A model generated the notes under the pieces. It had not been told where the DNA came from. It did no database searches and saw only the letters and a list, made by a program, of their open reading frames with translations. The translations under genes and the position numbers were made by a program. DNA of 64,000 nt from Patescibacteria group bacterium (GTDB lineage Bacteria > Patescibacteriota > Patescibacteriia > CAIXNZ01): contig JBAZJU010000002.1 of NCBI GenBank assembly GCA_041651155.1, positions 89,852-153,851 of the forward strand, written 5' to 3'. This document shows positions 19,484-30,039 of this stretch, piece after piece. Numbering within the stretch: position 1 is the stretch's first letter; each line of letters opens with the position of its first letter.

Positions 19484-21238
19484 TTAAGGCAGGCACCATA
19501 CGTCCTCTTTACCACAATGCCCTGTAGAATTTTGGGCGCTGGCTGCTTTGCCTGCTTTGCAGGTTCTATTTTCAGTGCCAGGAGCAATTCCGCAATCACA
19601 ACAGAAATTTGCTGATGTGCCAGGCGTGCAATTGCCAGCGTTATTTGGCAAATAACAACCATTGCTATCTTTTGTCAAAGTTGTAGTTGTTGTAGGCGGA
19701 GCAGGCATCCAAAAACATACTTGATTTGTTCCACAACCTATTGTCCTTGTATCATAATTATAATGTAAATTGTAGGCAGTTGCCTGGGCACAAAGGCCTA
19801 ATTCTGACTGTGATGGCGCTGTAGTATTTGCGGCTGGAGTACACCAAGAATTATCTACTGGATTAACATTTAAACATACACCACCTTGTCCAACACAATC
19901 TCCAGGTCGGTTAACTAGCCAGATGTCGGTACTTGTTCCAGACGGAGTTGAGGGGGCAGTTGTTGTCGTTGTTGTGGCAGAAGTTCCAGTCGTAGATGTA
20001 TTTGTACCGGTACCAATGGCAGTTAAAATAAAACTGACCAAAGCATAACTGCCCAGAATCACACCAATGCCAATGATTGACCAGGTTAATATATCTTTGC
20101 CTTTTTTTACGCCTTCGCCGCCTTTGGAAGTTAAAAGGATTATACCGCCATAAATAACCATTAATAAGGCAATTGCGCCGATAATGCTTAGGATGGTTTG
20201 AATAATTCGGCCAATAAAAACTGCAGCTTTAATATCACCAACACCTTTGATTGGATTAATGTCTATAGTAAGTCCGCCAGTCCCTGAGGGAGCCTGGGGA
20301 ATACGAGGAGTGGTTGTGGAACCAGCGGGTTTTGTTGCCGCCTGTGGATTAACACAACATTTTTGGATAGAAGAAGATGCCGTAGAATAACAATCAATAA
20401 AATCAGAGCCAAGACTGGATTCTCCGGTTGCGCAGTCGCTTTTACATTGGCCAGTGGGTTTGCAAGTGGCAGAAGTTGTAATGCAGCATTTTGGAAGACT
20501 ATCAGTGCAACCGATATCTCCTCCGGAAGAATTGGAAGTATATGCTGTTTCTTGGCTAGTACATGTTTTAGAACAATGAGCGCCGGCAAAATCAGTACAT
20601 TGGCTAGAACCTGGCAATGACGTCCCCGTGCCACTACTGCCAATGGGTTTTACGCAGGCTTTTAATTGGTTAACTTGGGAATCAACAACATAACAATCTC
20701 GTAAATAATCATAACTTTGGCTTGCGGTTGTGAATTGGCTATTCTCAAGATTATATATTGGAATACAGGTGCCTGCACTTAAAGCAAGGTTGCATTCTTC
20801 AGGGGTGCAAGCTCCTCCAGTTGAGACAACACAATCTGGCGGGGTTGGCTGATCAGCTGGGGGATAAATAGGCGTGCAATAGATTGTATAACCTGCGGGA
20901 CTGGTGCAAATATAGGATTTAACTATTAAATCTGTCCAGCCCTGACAAACTCCTCCGTCTGTACTGCATGATTTTACGCAACAGCCTGCATTTTGCAATT
21001 TACAAGCAGTACCTGCAACTACCGTGGGCATATCTTTTGGGCAGGGTACGGTAGAAAGACCAGTGTTTTGATCTTCAAGATAATTTACGCAAATTCCTCC
21101 CAGATCGCCTGAACATGAAACGCTGGAATCTTTTATTGTACCTTCAGGCGTGGCAGTGAAAGCCTTTGCTTCTTTAGCCAATATTAAACCAGAACAGAAA
21201 ATGGCTGTAAAAATTGCAACATAGATAATTTTTTTCAT
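19484..21238 (-). CDS. Large pilin-domain protein with Cys-rich repeats on both sides
   Basis: Central IYGGIILLTSKGGEGVKKGK core; repeated GGxC...C...CC modules. Confidence 0.75.
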   Translation of the reverse strand: MKKIIYVAIFTAIFCSGLILAKEAKAFTATPEGTIKDSSVSCSGDLGGICVNYLEDQNTGLSTVPCPKDMPTVVAGTACKLQNAGCCVKSCSTDGGVCQGWTDLIVKSYICTSPAGYTIYCTPIYPPADQPTPPDCVVSTGGACTPEECNLALSAGTCIPIYNLENSQFTTASQSYDYLRDCYVVDSQVNQLKACVKPIGSSGTGTSLPGSSQCTDFAGAHCSKTCTSQETAYTSNSSGGDIGCTDSLPKCCITTSATCKPTGQCKSDCATGESSLGSDFIDCYSTASSSIQKCCVNPQAATKPAGSTTTPRIPQAPSGTGGLTIDINPIKGVGDIKAAVFIGRIIQTILSIIGAIALLMVIYGGIILLTSKGGEGVKKGKDILTWSIIGIGVILGSYALVSFILTAIGTGTNTSTTGTSATTTTTTAPSTPSGTSTDIWLVNRPGDCVGQGGVCLNVNPVDNSWCTPAANTTAPSQSELGLCAQATAYNLHYNYDTRTIGCGTNQVCFWMPAPPTTTTTLTKDSNGCYLPNNAGNCTPGTSANFCCDCGIAPGTENRTCKAGKAASAQNSTGHCGKEDVWCLP

Positions 21239-21351
21239 AAAGGTATAAATGCTAATTTACAAATGTAATGCGAATCTATGAATAAGCAAATTATTAAACT
21301 GATAAATTGTTGAATGGCTAAATGGTTGATTGATAACAAGTGTTATTCTTT

Positions 21352-22281
21352 TTATTGGCAAACACCGTTTGAATTGCAAGTGCCTTTACAGATCTCATAA
21401 GCGTTTCCAATAGCATGCGGCAAGGCACGCGCCGCACACTTAGCTCCTGGATCTAGCTTCGTTTGGCAATTACCAAAGTAAGTTTTTTGGGCAGCGACAG
21501 CGTCAGTTGTATCAGTTATACAGACTAAGCCAGTTTGGCATTCATTAAGATCAGTACAAAACTGACCTTCTGGCTGGCTGCCAGCCGGCGCCACGCAGAA
21601 CATAACATTTGGGTCATAATTGCAGTAACCATTCAGGCATTGTTCATTTTTTGTGCAAGGATAACCGCCAATTGGCCGTTTTTTAACACATTCAGCTCCT
21701 GTGCAAAAACAATCATTTGTACATTCAGCTATGGTTTTACAAGTCGTTCCAGTTCCTGCCTTGTTAGTACATGGTACTGATGGTGCTACTGGGGGGACTG
21801 CAGGAGTTTCTGCTGGCGTGGTGCCACCTTGAGTTTGGCCTCCGCCTGAACCCTGGCCTGCTGGCGGAGCAGTCCAGCCAGTTGGCTCTGGCAAGGGAGC
21901 GCATTTTAAATTGCCAGCCCAGTTCCAGCCGCCTGTGACTGCGCTGATAATAAAATTAACGCCAAAATAGGCCAGAAAAACAATCATCAGCCCGACAACT
22001 GAATTAACTAAAATATCCTTGCCTTTTTTAATTTCATCTGACCGGCCGGCGGAAATCAGCATTCTAAAGCCGCCATAAAAAAAATAAAGCAGGACTAAGG
22101 CGCCTACTATGCCAAAAAGAAAATAGCCGAAATTAATAGCGGTCTGAATTATATCGCAGAGCGAACAACGGCCGGTTGAGGCGCAATCAGGTAAAATCGG
22201 GCTAGCTTGAGCTAGGACTAGATGGGGCAACAAGATTAAAGCTAAAAAAAGAAAACTGCTGAAAAAGATTGTTTTTTTCAT
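21352..22281 (-). CDS. VirB2/TrbC-like pilin with Cys-rich C-terminal repeats
   Basis: CSLCD, then FYGGFRMLISAGRSDEIKKGK; CTKNEQCLNGYC-type repeats. Confidence 0.8.
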   Translation of the reverse strand: MKKTIFFSSFLFLALILLPHLVLAQASPILPDCASTGRCSLCDIIQTAINFGYFLFGIVGALVLLYFFYGGFRMLISAGRSDEIKKGKDILVNSVVGLMIVFLAYFGVNFIISAVTGGWNWAGNLKCAPLPEPTGWTAPPAGQGSGGGQTQGGTTPAETPAVPPVAPSVPCTNKAGTGTTCKTIAECTNDCFCTGAECVKKRPIGGYPCTKNEQCLNGYCNYDPNVMFCVAPAGSQPEGQFCTDLNECQTGLVCITDTTDAVAAQKTYFGNCQTKLDPGAKCAARALPHAIGNAYEICKGTCNSNGVCQ

Positions 22282-22364
22282 AATAATATTTGAGCTAGGT
22301 TATACTATAATAATACTATATAAATGGTTAAATGGCTAAATGTTTAAATTCAAAAGACAAAACA

Positions 22365-22408
22365 CAAACCTTCGTTTGCCGTAGCAAACTACGGTTTGCG
22401 AAGGCAAA
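22365..22408. repeat. REP-like iterated-hairpin element (copy 2 of the TTTG/CAAA type)
   Basis: CAAA CCTTCG TTTG CCGTAG CAAA CTACGG TTTG CGAAGG CAAA. Confidence 0.85.
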
Positions 22409-22453
22409 AGACAAAATAAATTAAAAATCAAAATGATTAATATCAAAACCAAT

Positions 22454-22800
22454 TTAATTCTTTTTCTTAATCGGGCTCATGCTGGCAAAAATTCTGGCTA
22501 ATTGCAGAGCTTCATCAGCCAAAAGCTCTATTTCATTCCTAAAAGTCTGATTTGAGTGCGAAACTAATTCTAACCAATATTTACTTTCCTTAGCCTCTCT
22601 TCTGCAAATGCCAATTTTATGAATAAAATCTTTTTTTGTGATAGTGTCATTTGCTTCTCGATAATTTGCACCGACTGAACAAGCAGCTCTAATCAACTGT
22701 TTAATCAGCTCGTTATTAATTATATTTTTTCAACTTTTTTGCATAGATCAATGCAATTTTTAGCAAATTTTAAAGTCCTTTCCTCTAGATCGTACTTCAT
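22454..22800 (-). pseudogene. Four-helix-bundle (23S rRNA IVP-like) gene with a 1-nt frameshift
   Basis: MKYDLEERTLKFAKNCIDLC from 22800 hits TAA after GAA AAA ATA; one extra A in the A6 run joins it to QLIRAACSVGANYREA...RREAKESKYWL. Confidence 0.8.
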
Positions 22801-22895
22801 AGCTTTTGTTTTTATTTTTTAGATTTTATATTTTTAGATTTTTTTGTTTTTTTAATTTGGTCTTTTGTCATTGCTAATTTAGCCTTTGGCTTTCA

Positions 22896-24272
22896 TTAAA
22901 GGGTCTGATTTACTCGTTGCGCGCCGAGATTAATAATTTCAACTGATTTTTGCAAGCCAGCCAGATTGTCGTTGATCATTGTTTTAAAAATATCTTCCAT
23001 CGCATTTTCATCCCTGCCTTTGTACCAGCTTTTTGCAGTAAGAAGTTGATTAACAAAAGCTGATAATTCCTGGTCATCAGTCTGGCTGGAGATTAAACTG
23101 CGCAAGGCTGCTGGCTGGCGGGATTTTTCCAGGAATTTTTTGTTGCTATCAGCATTGGTAGTTATAAAATTGATAAAGCTCCAAGCTTCATTCGGATGCA
23201 GGCTTTTTTTGGCTACAGTTTCAACCCAGTAATTGGCAAAATTTATAGATGGTTCACTGATTTGCGGCATTGTTGACGTTTCAAAATTTAGCTTAGGCGC
23301 CTGCGCTTTGATTAGCGGTATCTGATAGGCATAGCCAAAGAAAAAAGCGGTTTTACCTGCCATAAATGCGGCCAAAGAATTAGGGAGCGTGTCATTCCAG
23401 GTATAGATTTGGTTTGTAGGCGAGGCAAAACTCGTGTAAAAATCCAAAGCTTCAGCTGCTGGCGGTGTTTCACGAGTATAATTGGGCGGTGAGCCGGCAA
23501 AGGTTGCCACGCCCTGGTCATTGGTCATTATTGCGCCAGCCTGCATCATTAGCAGGCTCAAAATGTCTGTAGAACGCTCAACATTGTTAGCTGTACCAAG
23601 CGCGGCGCCTGATTGGATAATATTGCCTCGGCTATCCAATTTTGTAAGTTTTATCACTTGATCGCGAAATTCATCCCAAGTTTTGGGCGGGCTGGCAATA
23701 TTAGCATTATTTAAAAGGTCGCGATTAAAAAATAAAGCCAAGGTATCAATGCTCAAAGGCAGGCCATAGATTTGGTTATTAATGACCTGATTATTATAAA
23801 CTACATCAGGAAAAAGATTATTAATATCACGCAAAGTTAAGGTTTTTTGCGGGCGCATTTCAGTAAAAGTTTCTTTTTGGAAAGTGCCTTTTTGGTAAGT
23901 ATAGGGCATGGTGATTTCAGCCGGCATAGGCAAATTTAAACTCTGATATTTTTTCATCCAGGTCGTGTGGATAGAAAAAATATCAGGGCCGCGGTCTTCA
24001 GCAAAAGCTTTAAGCAGCTCATTCTCATATTCTTCTGGCGTGAAATTTTTAAAGTTTATTGTCACATAAGGATATTGCTTTTGATAATTAGAAATTAAGT
24101 CAGAGATATTGAAGCTTTCCTCATAGACTTTCCAATATTCTAAGGTCACAGGCTTTGGGCTGCCGGCAATTGTGTTAGCAGGCAAGCTTTGGCATTTGGC
24201 GCCAGTGGTTATTAAAACTATGAGGATAACCATAACGATAACTAGTTTTTTGTTTTGGAGAAATTTGAGCAT
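22896..24272 (-). CDS. Extracellular solute-binding protein family 1 (sugar ABC-type lipoprotein)
   Basis: GAK-C lipobox-like, GPDIF, YGLPLSIDTLALFFN and PPKTWDEF motifs. Confidence 0.88.
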   Translation of the reverse strand: MLKFLQNKKLVIVMVILIVLITTGAKCQSLPANTIAGSPKPVTLEYWKVYEESFNISDLISNYQKQYPYVTINFKNFTPEEYENELLKAFAEDRGPDIFSIHTTWMKKYQSLNLPMPAEITMPYTYQKGTFQKETFTEMRPQKTLTLRDINNLFPDVVYNNQVINNQIYGLPLSIDTLALFFNRDLLNNANIASPPKTWDEFRDQVIKLTKLDSRGNIIQSGAALGTANNVERSTDILSLLMMQAGAIMTNDQGVATFAGSPPNYTRETPPAAEALDFYTSFASPTNQIYTWNDTLPNSLAAFMAGKTAFFFGYAYQIPLIKAQAPKLNFETSTMPQISEPSINFANYWVETVAKKSLHPNEAWSFINFITTNADSNKKFLEKSRQPAALRSLISSQTDDQELSAFVNQLLTAKSWYKGRDENAMEDIFKTMINDNLAGLQKSVEIINLGAQRVNQTL

Positions 24273-24441
24273 AATATTTAAATTATGAATTATGAGATAT
24301 GAATTATGAAATGAGTAATGTTTTGGGTTAGTTTAATGAAGCCATTTTAGGTTAAGGTTATAGCAAAGTGATTTAAGTGTAAGACTTAAAATTTTACCTT
24401 CTGACAAAACTGGCCATCTAACTATAACCTTGTGAATGGAC

Positions 24442-25311
24442 CTAAATTTTTAGAGTCCTTAAATATTTTATAAAATTTTTATTTAAATCTGCGCGCTCTA
24501 GAGCAAAATCAACATTGGCCTGCAGCCAGCCGAGCTTAGAGCCAGTGTCATAATAAGTTCCCTCAACAAGTGAAGCATAGATCGGACGTATTTTTGAAAG
24601 ATTAAAAATAGCATCAACCAGCCAAAGCTCATTGCCCTGGCCAATTTTAGTTTTTTCCAAAATTTCAAAAATATCCGGAGTTAAAATATAGGCGCCAAGA
24701 GTGCCAATTCGGCTGGGCGCTTTGTCTGGACCTGGCTTTTCAATAATTTTTTTGAGCTGGTAAATATTTTTTTCAATTTCTACCCCGTCAATTACTCCAT
24801 ATTTTTTTGTGCCCTCATCGTCAATTTTTATAGCAGTTAAAACAGGATCGTGATATTTTTGAAAAACTTCAATCAGCTGTTTTAACCTGGGCTTTTTTTT
24901 ATTTATAAAAAGATCATCGCCAAAGATTACGGCAAATGGTTCATTGCCGATTATTTTCTTAGAATTTAAAATCGGCGTGCCATTGCCATAAGGGCCTTTT
25001 TGCCTGATATAAATAAAATTTGCCAGATCAGCAATCCTTTTAATTTCTTCCCGCTGTTCTTCTTTGCCCTGTTTTTTTAACCAATTCTGCAATTCATAAT
25101 TATAATCAAAGTGGTCTTCAATCGCTCGTTTAGAAGCGCCCGTGACTAAAATGATGTCTTCTATGCCGGAAGCAACCGCTTCTTCCACTATGTATTGGAT
25201 AACAGGCTTATCAATAATCGGCAGCATTTCCTTGGGCATGGCTTTGGTGGCTGGCAAAAAGCGCGTGCCAAAACCAGCGACCGGGATAATGGCTTTCTTG
25301 ATTTTGTCCAT
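24442..25311 (-). CDS. galU: UTP-glucose-1-phosphate uridylyltransferase
   Basis: KAIIPVAGFGTRFLPATKAMPKEMLPIIDKP. Confidence 0.95.
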   Translation of the reverse strand: MDKIKKAIIPVAGFGTRFLPATKAMPKEMLPIIDKPVIQYIVEEAVASGIEDIILVTGASKRAIEDHFDYNYELQNWLKKQGKEEQREEIKRIADLANFIYIRQKGPYGNGTPILNSKKIIGNEPFAVIFGDDLFINKKKPRLKQLIEVFQKYHDPVLTAIKIDDEGTKKYGVIDGVEIEKNIYQLKKIIEKPGPDKAPSRIGTLGAYILTPDIFEILEKTKIGQGNELWLVDAIFNLSKIRPIYASLVEGTYYDTGSKLGWLQANVDFALERADLNKNFIKYLRTLKI

Positions 25312-25407
25312 AAAGATTAAATTCCGAACTCTGAATTATGAATTCTGAAATACAGTTGTCTATAATCCAGAATTTGTTTATATAATACCATAAAACAAGG
25401 TAAAAAT

Positions 25408-25445
25408 AAATAAAAATTGTCCCGCGCGCGGGACAATTTTTATTT
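25408..25445. terminator. Perfect 38-bp palindrome, probable terminator
   Basis: AAATAAAAATTGTCCCGCG|CGCGGGACAATTTTTATTT. Confidence 0.7.
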
Positions 25446-25531
25446 GGTCATCAGTGGTTATTTTAGGAGCTCTTTTTTGTTGTATAGATGAATTTGTTTT
25501 TTTGCCATCAAATAACCCAAAGACTTGTACT

Positions 25532-25867
25532 TTAGAAGTCTCTATAAAATAAAAATTCCTCTTTTGCTATGTCGTGTATTTTATCAATTAAACTGGAAAT
25601 TTTATGTGCAAAGGCCGGGTCTTTATCAGCTTTCCAGCATTCAAAAGCATGATAACCAACTGAATCGGGTGATTCACCAACCTGATGAAAAGGTTTTAGA
25701 TGAGCGTCTTCTAATACTTTATTTACAGCATATCTGTAAGCCTGGCATTGAAGTTTTGTCTTACAGTCATAAGCAATCATGTAATTTTTATCAAGCTGCG
25801 GCGGAATTATTTTTAAGTCCAGTTTTTCAAATTGTTCTTTTCGCTCTGGCAGATTTGGTTTTTCCAT
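25532..25867 (-). CDS. Hypothetical protein
   Basis: 111-aa ORF starting 6 bp downstream of the amidase gene. Confidence 0.6.
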   Translation of the reverse strand: MEKPNLPERKEQFEKLDLKIIPPQLDKNYMIAYDCKTKLQCQAYRYAVNKVLEDAHLKPFHQVGESPDSVGYHAFECWKADKDPAFAHKISSLIDKIHDIAKEEFLFYRDF

Positions 25868-25873
25868 AAATTT

Positions 25874-28213
25874 TTATTTGGCTACTTTGGTATAGGCAAT
25901 TAATTCTTTCTTGCCGTCTAAGTAGATTTCATTTTTGCCATCCATGAGCTTAAATAATTGCGGATAGGTATTTTGTTTCCAGTAGGCCAAAAGACGAAAG
26001 GAAAAGGTAATATCTTCTCCGGGGCTTACTGTTGTTTTAATTTTTTTAACTGTTTTGCTATCAAGCCATGACCAATCTTTAAACCAGGAATTTGTGTAAT
26101 CAAGATCATAGCTTTTTAAAGCCAGATTAGTCCAAGTTTTAGTGCCGGTATTTTTAAAAGTTATTGTAACTTTTGGCCGGGAATTTGGCTTGGCTGTCTG
26201 GGGCAGGGTATTAACTGTAATTTGGGCTGCATAGGGAGAAGTGACCTCAATAATCTGGTCTAATTGGTAAATTTGGTTGTCATCGTAATTTAAAGTTAGA
26301 GTATGGGGGAATGTAGCTAGGACATTCGGCGCTTTTAATTTAAACTCAAAATTCGCGCTGGAATTAGGGTAAATTATTGTTTCTTGAGGTGGAATATCTG
26401 CCCATTCAGTATGCCACGAATCATTTCTAAAAGGAGAGATATTAGTTTTTTCATAAACAATCTTTAGCTTTAATTTGCTCTTATTCCAGGCGACATTGCC
26501 TGTATTTTTAAATTGGAGATTAACCGTGGCCATGCTGCCGGATGCCATTTGTTGGGCTAAGTTTGATTGGCTTAAAGTTGCATTGTAAGTTTCTGCCACG
26601 GGATTAGTATTTTGATTACAAGTTTGGCAGGCGATTTTATTTAGGGCAATTGAAAAATCTGTATTGGGGAAATAGCCTTTATTTTGCCAGGCTAATGTAA
26701 AATTTTTGGTTTCAGTCTTTTTATCTTGTGGAGGATTTAAGACTAATTTGAATTTGCCAATTTCTCCGGGATATACATTCCCGCCAAGCAATTTAAAAAC
26801 TGTCTGGCTGGAAGTTTGGTTAGCAAGCTCCCCATCTTTATCAGAAGTTAAAGCTATTTTAACAGAATCAATTTTAGTTAATTTATTTTTTAAACTGGCA
26901 TCAGAAATATAAACATAATTATCCTCGTATCCGCGCCAGACTGCCTGGCCGATATTTTTAAATTCTACATAAACATCAGCGGTTTTTGTTTCCTCAATGT
27001 TTAGATCTTTGGCGCTCAGGCTGACAAATTCAGCTGCGCTGGGCAATGGTTTTTGATAACCGCCATAATCTTGCAGTAAGTTATAAGCTAACTGCCTGGT
27101 TTGCGGCAACTGATCATAAATTAAATTTCCCGGACAGGTCGTACTACCAACATCACGGTGGCCAAGTACATTGGGCAAAATTTGGCCATGAAATTCACTG
27201 GTGGCTAAAGGGTCTATATTAAATTCTTGAGATTTTTTAGCGATTAATTTATCCAGGGCAATTTTAGTTGCTTCAGTTAAATTATCAGGAGTATTGCAGT
27301 CTGGTTTATTCTTGCTATTTAGGGCCGTGTCATAACAGCCTAAAATTGCAATGCCAATCGTATTCCTGTTTCTCAAATAAGCATGGCCGCCCACAGTGCC
27401 TTCACCGCCAGCTCGGCCTTCATAAATATTGCCCTTGGAATCAATTAAGTAGTTATAGCCAATATCGCCCCAGCCCCTGACTTTAGCATGATAATATTGA
27501 ATAGCGCGAATCGTTGATTTGGGATCAACATTAGCTTTTTCTCCGGCTGTGTGGTGGATGACAAATTTTTGTGGCGTGTAATATTCTTCTGGCCATAAAT
27601 CCTGGCCATTTGCGTCGTAGCGGTAACTTTCATTAGCTCCCCATTCAGCCCGAGAAATAATATGTAAATCATCATTGTTATTTTGAGTACTGATACGGAA
27701 ATTACCGCTTGGTCCTTTGGTCGTGTCTAAATAGATAAATTGTAAATTTTTTAATGAGTCTTTAGCAGTTTTATTATTAAAAATAAGTTTGTACTGAAAT
27801 GAATCAGTGAGCTTAGTAGGTATCATCTGGCTCATCAAAACTGGCAGGCTGGAATCTTTGCCTTGGCTATCATCGTCTAAGGCCGTTTGAAACCATTCAG
27901 TCCAATTTTCATTTAAAAATCGCATATAAAGTTGGAAATCTTGGGTATTTTGAGACAAGCTTGGGTCTTCCATTTTTACGTATAAGGCATTAAATGGAAA
28001 ATCAGCCTTTAAAATAGGGGAAATGACCTCATTTGTGTCTGTTTTGTTATTACTAGAAATAAAAAAAGAACCATTTTTTCCAGGTTCATTTACTAAAAGA
28101 TTGCCTTCTTTTACTTCAGAAGTAGTTTTTGCGCTAACTAAAGCGAAAATAAAGGCTATTGACCAGCATAAAACAATAAAAATAACCAATTTTGTTCTAA
28201 TTTTAGGTTTCAT
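25874..28213 (-). CDS. N-acetylmuramoyl-L-alanine amidase (Amidase_2/PGRP) with three NBR1-like Ig domains
   Basis: ISRAEWGA, VIHHTAG, GWGDIGYNYLID, GHRDVGSTTCPG; repeated FKNxGxxxW domains. Confidence 0.88.
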   Translation of the reverse strand: MKPKIRTKLVIFIVLCWSIAFIFALVSAKTTSEVKEGNLLVNEPGKNGSFFISSNNKTDTNEVISPILKADFPFNALYVKMEDPSLSQNTQDFQLYMRFLNENWTEWFQTALDDDSQGKDSSLPVLMSQMIPTKLTDSFQYKLIFNNKTAKDSLKNLQFIYLDTTKGPSGNFRISTQNNNDDLHIISRAEWGANESYRYDANGQDLWPEEYYTPQKFVIHHTAGEKANVDPKSTIRAIQYYHAKVRGWGDIGYNYLIDSKGNIYEGRAGGEGTVGGHAYLRNRNTIGIAILGCYDTALNSKNKPDCNTPDNLTEATKIALDKLIAKKSQEFNIDPLATSEFHGQILPNVLGHRDVGSTTCPGNLIYDQLPQTRQLAYNLLQDYGGYQKPLPSAAEFVSLSAKDLNIEETKTADVYVEFKNIGQAVWRGYEDNYVYISDASLKNKLTKIDSVKIALTSDKDGELANQTSSQTVFKLLGGNVYPGEIGKFKLVLNPPQDKKTETKNFTLAWQNKGYFPNTDFSIALNKIACQTCNQNTNPVAETYNATLSQSNLAQQMASGSMATVNLQFKNTGNVAWNKSKLKLKIVYEKTNISPFRNDSWHTEWADIPPQETIIYPNSSANFEFKLKAPNVLATFPHTLTLNYDDNQIYQLDQIIEVTSPYAAQITVNTLPQTAKPNSRPKVTITFKNTGTKTWTNLALKSYDLDYTNSWFKDWSWLDSKTVKKIKTTVSPGEDITFSFRLLAYWKQNTYPQLFKLMDGKNEIYLDGKKELIAYTKVAK

Positions 28214-28489
28214 TTTGTTTTTATTTTAATCCTACAAAATTACGAATTTATTTACAAATTATACAAAAAACAAGAGAATTAATGATTTGAGAGGGATAAA
28301 TGGAGAAAATTTTAGGGTTTTAATAATTTCAACTCTCAAATCGGAATAATATGGAAAATTTTGTAGTTTTTGTGAAGAATTTGTATTTTTGTAGGTATTA
28401 TAATTATAGCATATTTTTTTTAAGTTGTAAAGAGCAGGAAGATTTATTTTTGCTAATTTTAGCTTCAAAGTAGCTAAAATATGTAATTA

Positions 28490-29944
28490 TTAAATAGAAC
28501 CGTCAATTTTTTCAGTTTCTGGCTGACTTTTAAGGCTAAGTATTTCTGCCGCTAATTCTTTAGAAAAACCCTTCATAAAATATAAAGTTATCAAATATAT
28601 TAAAGTCGCCAAAATTAGCTGTAAAATGACGTTTTGACCAGCTAATAAGTATAAAAAAATTGACATTACAATTGAAGCCAAGGTCGCCTTAAACAAAATT
28701 TTAATTGAGGGCAAAAACTTAATCGTTCGGTAAGTAACCAGGAAATTGAAAATAAAAATTAGAGCTTCAGAAACAATGGTAAAGGCAGCAGCGCCATAAT
28801 AGCCATAAATTGGAATCGTTATCAGATAGCCGGCTAAAGACACTATAGCCACGAAAATATAGGCCCCTACCATTTTTCTTTGTTTATCAATCGCGACCAC
28901 GGTAAAACCAAACAGAGAATTAATAAAAATAATAGCAGTAGCAAAAATAATTATTTTTAAGATAATACCGGAATCAGTAAAATCAGGGCCGGCAATTAAA
29001 ACCATTAAATCTTTGGCAATAAATAAAGTGCCAAAAACCATGGGTACGGCAATTATTATCAGAGCATCAAAGGTGCTTTGGAAAATTTCTTTAAATTTCG
29101 CATAATTTTTTTGCGCCCAGTGCAGTGTTAAGATTGGGAAAATTAAGCCAATGAATAAATAGATAAAATTTGTCAGGATTTCCAGGACTCGATAAGGCGC
29201 GTTATATATTCCTACTTCTGCCTGCGAGCGAAATAATGAAAGAATAATAGTGTCAGCTTTGAAATAAACTAAGTTTAGGGCAATGGTAATGGCAATGGGC
29301 CAGGTGGTCTTTATAATTTTTTTCCAGATAGTCCAGTTGAAGGCAAAAGAAATTTTGATATACTTTAAAACAAAAATATAATTTAATAAAAAATTTATAA
29401 AGCTGCCGAGTACTACGGCCAGCATTATAAAAAGAAGTCCTTTGTTTAAAAGGGCGAATATAAAAACCAAGGCTAAAAGCACAATGCGTCCCGCCACTTC
29501 AGCAAAAGTTACGCCCAGCATCTTTAATTTTTTTTGGAACAGGCCAATAATAATTATATTCAGGGCAGAGAAAAAATATGAGATAGTGGTAACAGCCACC
29601 CCGAGTTTAATCAGATTATCATAAGGAAAAAATAGAACCACTAAAGGCGCCAGGCCCAAAAAAATAAAGGCGCTGATAAAACGCAGGGAAAAAACATTAT
29701 TAATTATTTTTTGCTGGTCATAATGCGGATCGGAAATTAGCCGGACTACTGTTACTGAGAGGCCGAAATCTACGAGGATAGCAAAAAATTGTAAAAAGGC
29801 GGTAATGGTTGAATACTGGCCAAAACCAATTTGCCCCAGATAGCGAGTCATAATAGCAATAGTCAGCACGCCTAAAATAGTGCCAATTATTTTACCGCTG
29901 AATTGGATAAGTGTATTGTGGGCAATTTTTTGGGTTAAACTCAT
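28490..29944 (-). CDS. Wzx-type polysaccharide flippase
   Basis: KIAHNTLIQ...RYLGQIGFGQYS and EVGIYNAPYR; multi-TM; start trimmed to ATG 29944. Confidence 0.88.
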   Translation of the reverse strand: MSLTQKIAHNTLIQFSGKIIGTILGVLTIAIMTRYLGQIGFGQYSTITAFLQFFAILVDFGLSVTVVRLISDPHYDQQKIINNVFSLRFISAFIFLGLAPLVVLFFPYDNLIKLGVAVTTISYFFSALNIIIIGLFQKKLKMLGVTFAEVAGRIVLLALVFIFALLNKGLLFIMLAVVLGSFINFLLNYIFVLKYIKISFAFNWTIWKKIIKTTWPIAITIALNLVYFKADTIILSLFRSQAEVGIYNAPYRVLEILTNFIYLFIGLIFPILTLHWAQKNYAKFKEIFQSTFDALIIIAVPMVFGTLFIAKDLMVLIAGPDFTDSGIILKIIIFATAIIFINSLFGFTVVAIDKQRKMVGAYIFVAIVSLAGYLITIPIYGYYGAAAFTIVSEALIFIFNFLVTYRTIKFLPSIKILFKATLASIVMSIFLYLLAGQNVILQLILATLIYLITLYFMKGFSKELAAEILSLKSQPETEKIDGSI

Positions 29945-29981
29945 ATGTATAAGGGTAAGATGAGGAAAAAGAGTAAGAAGG

Positions 29982-30039
29982 GTCATCCTACGCTCCTGCC
30001 TTCGTTGAAACTTCGGCAGGCAGGAAAACTTCGGATGAC
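29982..30039. repeat. Nested REP-like elements (CCT(A/T)CG...CTTCGG family)
   Basis: GTCAT-CCTACGCT[CCTGCCTTCGTTGAAACTTCGGCAGGCAGG]AAAACTTCGG-ATGAC; relatives at 30303-30340 and 57737-57769. Confidence 0.7.
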
